Shown here: piece after piece, positions 51,663 through 54,398 of the stretch
How positions within the stretch are numbered: position 1 is the stretch's first letter
Layout of the letters: each line of letters opens with the position of its first letter
NCBI GenBank assembly: GCA_018398765.1
Contig: JAHBMJ010000149.1
Location: 1 to 54,398, forward strand
DNA from: Chromera velia
Lineage: Eukaryota
DNA length: 54,398 nucleotides
Direction: 5' to 3'
Translations under genes and position numbers: made by a program
The notes under the pieces: generated by a model
What the model saw: the letters and a program-made list of their open reading frames with translations, nothing else
Told to the model about the DNA's origin: nothing
Database searches by the model: none

Positions 51663-54398
51663 ATGGCTGCAGCAGCCGCCGTCTCTCGGCAACTCCTCGA
51701 GGGTTCGTTTGTAGAGGACGTTCCTCTTTCCTTCCTCAAGAGATGCACCCGTGACTTTGCAGAGGAAAGAAAAGTCGGGAGTGGGACCTTCGGGACAGTC
51801 TATAAAGGGGTAGATACTGAGAATGGCCACTGCTTTGCAGTGAAGGTCATAAACCCCCAAGTGTTTCAGCAGGTCCTCTTGAGAAACGATGGCCTCTCGG
51901 ACGCCTCAGAGGATCGTCTTCAAAGAATTGTAAGGGCAGAGACGGACGCATTCCGTGCACTCCCTCAAACACACCCGAATCTATGCAGACTCCTCGGCAT
52001 CTGCAGCGGTCGTCACCCGGGCAACGGGTCCCCCTATGTCATGATTCTGTCTGCCCTTGGTCATAAGGGGGACTTGGCGTCTCTTCTCCAAAAGGACGCT
52101 GACGCACGCATTCTGACATGGCAAGACCGCGTCTCTGTCGCCCGACAGATTGCAAAAGCCGTCTCGTTTCTTCACGGCCAGAGTCCCCGTCCGATTTTTC
52201 ACAGAGATCTGAAAAGCGCCAACATAGTTATGACCAACAGCCTCAAACCGATGTTGATTGACTGGGCCCTCGCCCGTCTCATTCCTGAGGGGGCCCAGAG
52301 TCACAAGGCCACAACAGAAGCATTCTCAGTGGGTACCCGGGGGTTCATGTGTCCGCAGTATGCTGCAGAGGGGGTGTTCACTTCCGAGAGCGAGGTGTAC
52401 TCCCTCGGGGTAGTGCTTCTTGAACTGTTCACAGGAAGAACACAGAGACCTCCCGAGTCCGATCTTGTGAAAGAATTTGCAGGGGAGGATTTGTTCTCTA
52501 GAGATGCTGACGCGCCCCCAACTGTGCACCCCCTGGGTGTCGAAGATGCGGATTCCCGAGCGGGTGAATGGGATCAGAGAGTCGCGACTGAGTTCGCCTC
52601 TTTGATTCTTGACTGTCTGCAGAAGAAGAGACGCCGAGTTTCCCTCCCTTCCGTTCTCCGTTCCCTGTCCGCTCTGGAAGCGCTGGCAGAGGCAGCGAGG
52701 CCGGGAGAGGAGGCGTTGAGGAGAGAACTGGCGGTCATGAGGGAGGCACAAGAGACGCAGATAGTTGAGAGGGAGGTGACAGAACAGAGGGCGCATGAAG
52801 AGAAAGTCACGTGCAGTGCGTGTTTGGAGAGTGTGTCGGTTGGGGAGGGGGCAGTGTGTCCTCGAGGAAAAAAAGAGCATTTCCTTTGTAGAGGGTGTTT
52901 TAGTGATCATGTGAAGCACGAGGCAGAGAGTGGGTTGAGAATGGTGGAAGGTGAGCTGTTGCTTCCGTGCCCTCTTGCGGGCCGAGGGTGTGAGAGCGGT
53001 GCATATTACGATCAGAGAGTTGTGGCTCTGAATTGCAGTGCCGAGTCTTATCGGCACTTTCGCGAGTCGAGAGACAGAGATTTGAGGGAGGAGGGGCGTA
53101 GAGTGGCAGAAGCAGAAATCAGGAGGGAAGATAGGGTGGGCAGAGAGAGGCGGCGGTTGGAAGAGGAGTTGAGCCACTTCTCTCATACTCCCTGTTGTAA
53201 TCGTCCGTTTGTCTTTGACGGTTGTGCAGCGGTCATGTGTGTGTGTGGAATGTTCTTTTGTGCGCTGTGTCATTTCACCAGCCGTTACGATTCCCACGAT
53301 CACGTGGGGGTGTGCGATTTGAACCCTGTTAGGGGTGAGGTGTTCATCAGCACTCAGAGGCTTGAGAGAGTGCACAGGCCTCTACTGGCACAGAGGGTCC
53401 GCGCTCTGCTTGCAGATTTGCAGCGGGACCACCCAGAGGTTTTTGGGCGTCTCGTAGAGGAGGAATCAGTTCAGCGTCACTTGATAGAATTAGACATTGA
53501 CCCTCAGGAAGACCTGAGAAGGCCCCCTCCTGCTGTGGGGTTTGATGAGAGGAGGGAGATGCAGGCTGACCAGGCACGGCGGAGGGCAGAGGATCGAGAG
53601 ATGAGAGAGGAAGAGGAAGAGCAGAGACGGTTGCCTCACAGAGAGGGGGGGTGGAGGCACAGAGACGTCGCGGGCTGGTTTGAAGAGGAGGAAGAGGAGG
53701 AGGACCGTTGGTTGCGGCAACACAGATGGCGTCGTAGAGAGCAGGAAGAAGCGGCAGGGTATTATGATGAAGAAGATTTTGATGAAGACGAGGAAGACGA
53801 ATGGTTTGGCGAATACAGAGAGGAAGGAGACAGATGGCAGCGACCCGGAGACGGCCGCTACCAGCATGATTGGCGTAGAGAAGAGGAAGAGGATGAGTAT
53901 GAGTATGAGGAGAGGTATGGAGGGGAGGAAAGACGGGAGCGACAGAGAGATGGTCGCTACCGCGATGGTTGGGGCAGAGAAGAGGAAGAGGATGAGTATG
54001 AGTATGAGGAGAGGTATGGAGGGGAGGAAAGACGGGAGCGACAGAGAGATGGTCGCTACCGCGATGGTTGGGGCAGAGAAGAGGAAGAGGATGAGTATGA
54101 GTATGAGGAGAGGTATGGAGGGGAGGAAAGACGGGAGCGACAGAGAGATGGTCGCTACCGCGATGGTTGGGGCAGAGAAGAGGAAGAGGATGAGTATGAG
54201 TATGAGGAGAGGTATGGAGGGGAGGAAAGACGGGAGCGACAGAGAGATGGTCGCTACCGCGATGGTTGGGGCAGAGAAGAGGAAGAGGATGAGTATGAGT
54301 ATGAGGAGAGGTATGGAGGGGAGGAAAGACGGGAGCGACAGAGAGATGGTCGCTACCGCGATGGTTGGGGCAGAGAAGAGGAAGAGGATGAGTATGAG
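51663..54398 (+). CDS. IRAK/Pelle/RLK-like protein kinase fused to RING1 and Rcat (RBR-type E3) modules, with an acidic/Arg repeat tail; intronless, >=912 aa, 3'-incomplete
   Basis: One open frame runs from ATG 51663 to the window end. Kinase motifs: FLKRCTRDFAEERKVGSGTFGTVYKG, FAVK, HPNLCRLLG, LTWQDRVSVARQIAKAVSFLH, IFHRDLKSANI, IDWALAR, GTRGFMCPQY, EVYSLGVVLLELFTGR. RING1 (~52812-52991): CSAC...C...HFLCRGC...CPLAGRGC. Rcat-like (~53185-53320): TPCCNRPFVFDGCAAVMCVCGMFFCALC...HDHVGVC. Confidence 0.9.
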   Translation, partial: MAAAAAVSRQLLEGSFVEDVPLSFLKRCTRDFAEERKVGSGTFGTVYKGVDTENGHCFAVKVINPQVFQQVLLRNDGLSDASEDRLQRIVRAETDAFRALPQTHPNLCRLLGICSGRHPGNGSPYVMILSALGHKGDLASLLQKDADARILTWQDRVSVARQIAKAVSFLHGQSPRPIFHRDLKSANIVMTNSLKPMLIDWALARLIPEGAQSHKATTEAFSVGTRGFMCPQYAAEGVFTSESEVYSLGVVLLELFTGRTQRPPESDLVKEFAGEDLFSRDADAPPTVHPLGVEDADSRAGEWDQRVATEFASLILDCLQKKRRRVSLPSVLRSLSALEALAEAARPGEEALRRELAVMREAQETQIVEREVTEQRAHEEKVTCSACLESVSVGEGAVCPRGKKEHFLCRGCFSDHVKHEAESGLRMVEGELLLPCPLAGRGCESGAYYDQRVVALNCSAESYRHFRESRDRDLREEGRRVAEAEIRREDRVGRERRRLEEELSHFSHTPCCNRPFVFDGCAAVMCVCGMFFCALCHFTSRYDSHDHVGVCDLNPVRGEVFISTQRLERVHRPLLAQRVRALLADLQRDHPEVFGRLVEEESVQRHLIELDIDPQEDLRRPPPAVGFDERREMQADQARRRAEDREMREEEEEQRRLPHREGGWRHRDVAGWFEEEEEEEDRWLRQHRWRRREQEEAAGYYDEEDFDEDEEDEWFGEYREEGDRWQRPGDGRYQHDWRREEEEDEYEYEERYGGEERRERQRDGRYRDGWGREEEEDEYEYEERYGGEERRERQRDGRYRDGWGREEEEDEYEYEERYGGEERRERQRDGRYRDGWGREEEEDEYEYEERYGGEERRERQRDGRYRDGWGREEEEDEYEYEERYGGEERRERQRDGRYRDGWGREEEEDEYE
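53880..54398 (+). repeat. Perfect 99-bp coding tandem repeat (33 aa), >5 copies, runs off window
   Basis: Units start at 53880, 53979, 54078, 54177, 54276 and 54375 and encode EEEEDEYEYEERYGGEERRERQRDGRYRDGWGR. Confidence 0.95.

Noticed and set aside
52326..53867. Minus-strand ORFs of 349, 78, 76 and 125 aa
   Set aside because: Antisense shadows of the plus-strand kinase-E3 ORF.

Overview
Eukaryotic, intron-rich genomic DNA from a flagellated protist. The TGCATGCA motifs, GTCAGT splice donors, a CRMP-type membrane protein and an intronless ankyrin family member suggest an alveolate, most likely a chromerid such as Chromera velia (inference). I assembled six genes and one pseudogene by hand. 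(1) Tandem CCCH zinc-finger RNA-binding protein, minus strand, 4 exons. (2) LRRC23-like axonemal LRR protein, plus strand, 12 exons. (3) Frameshifted ankyrin-repeat pseudogene. (4) SVIP-like acylated protein with a p97-binding motif. (5) A 61-aa, three-exon microprotein missing from the ORF track. (6) A ~2468-aa receptor-like protein: Venus-flytrap domain, GCC2/GCC3 Cys repeats, 9-TM CRMP-type domain, long disordered tail. (7) An intronless IRAK/Pelle-like kinase fused to RING1 and Rcat-type E3 modules, also missing from the track because it runs off the window end. Between the genes lie a complete non-autonomous LTR element (TG..CA LTRs, ACCT target-site duplication, PBS, PPT), (TCAA)n-tailed non-LTR fragments, two inverted-repeat elements, Helitron-like hairpins, mini- and microsatellites and TpA-rich decayed islands. 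The best candidates for new biology are the VFT-CRMP receptor, the kinase/E3 fusion and a RIP-like C-to-T signature in repeats. All domain calls come from motif recognition by eye; no database searches were run.
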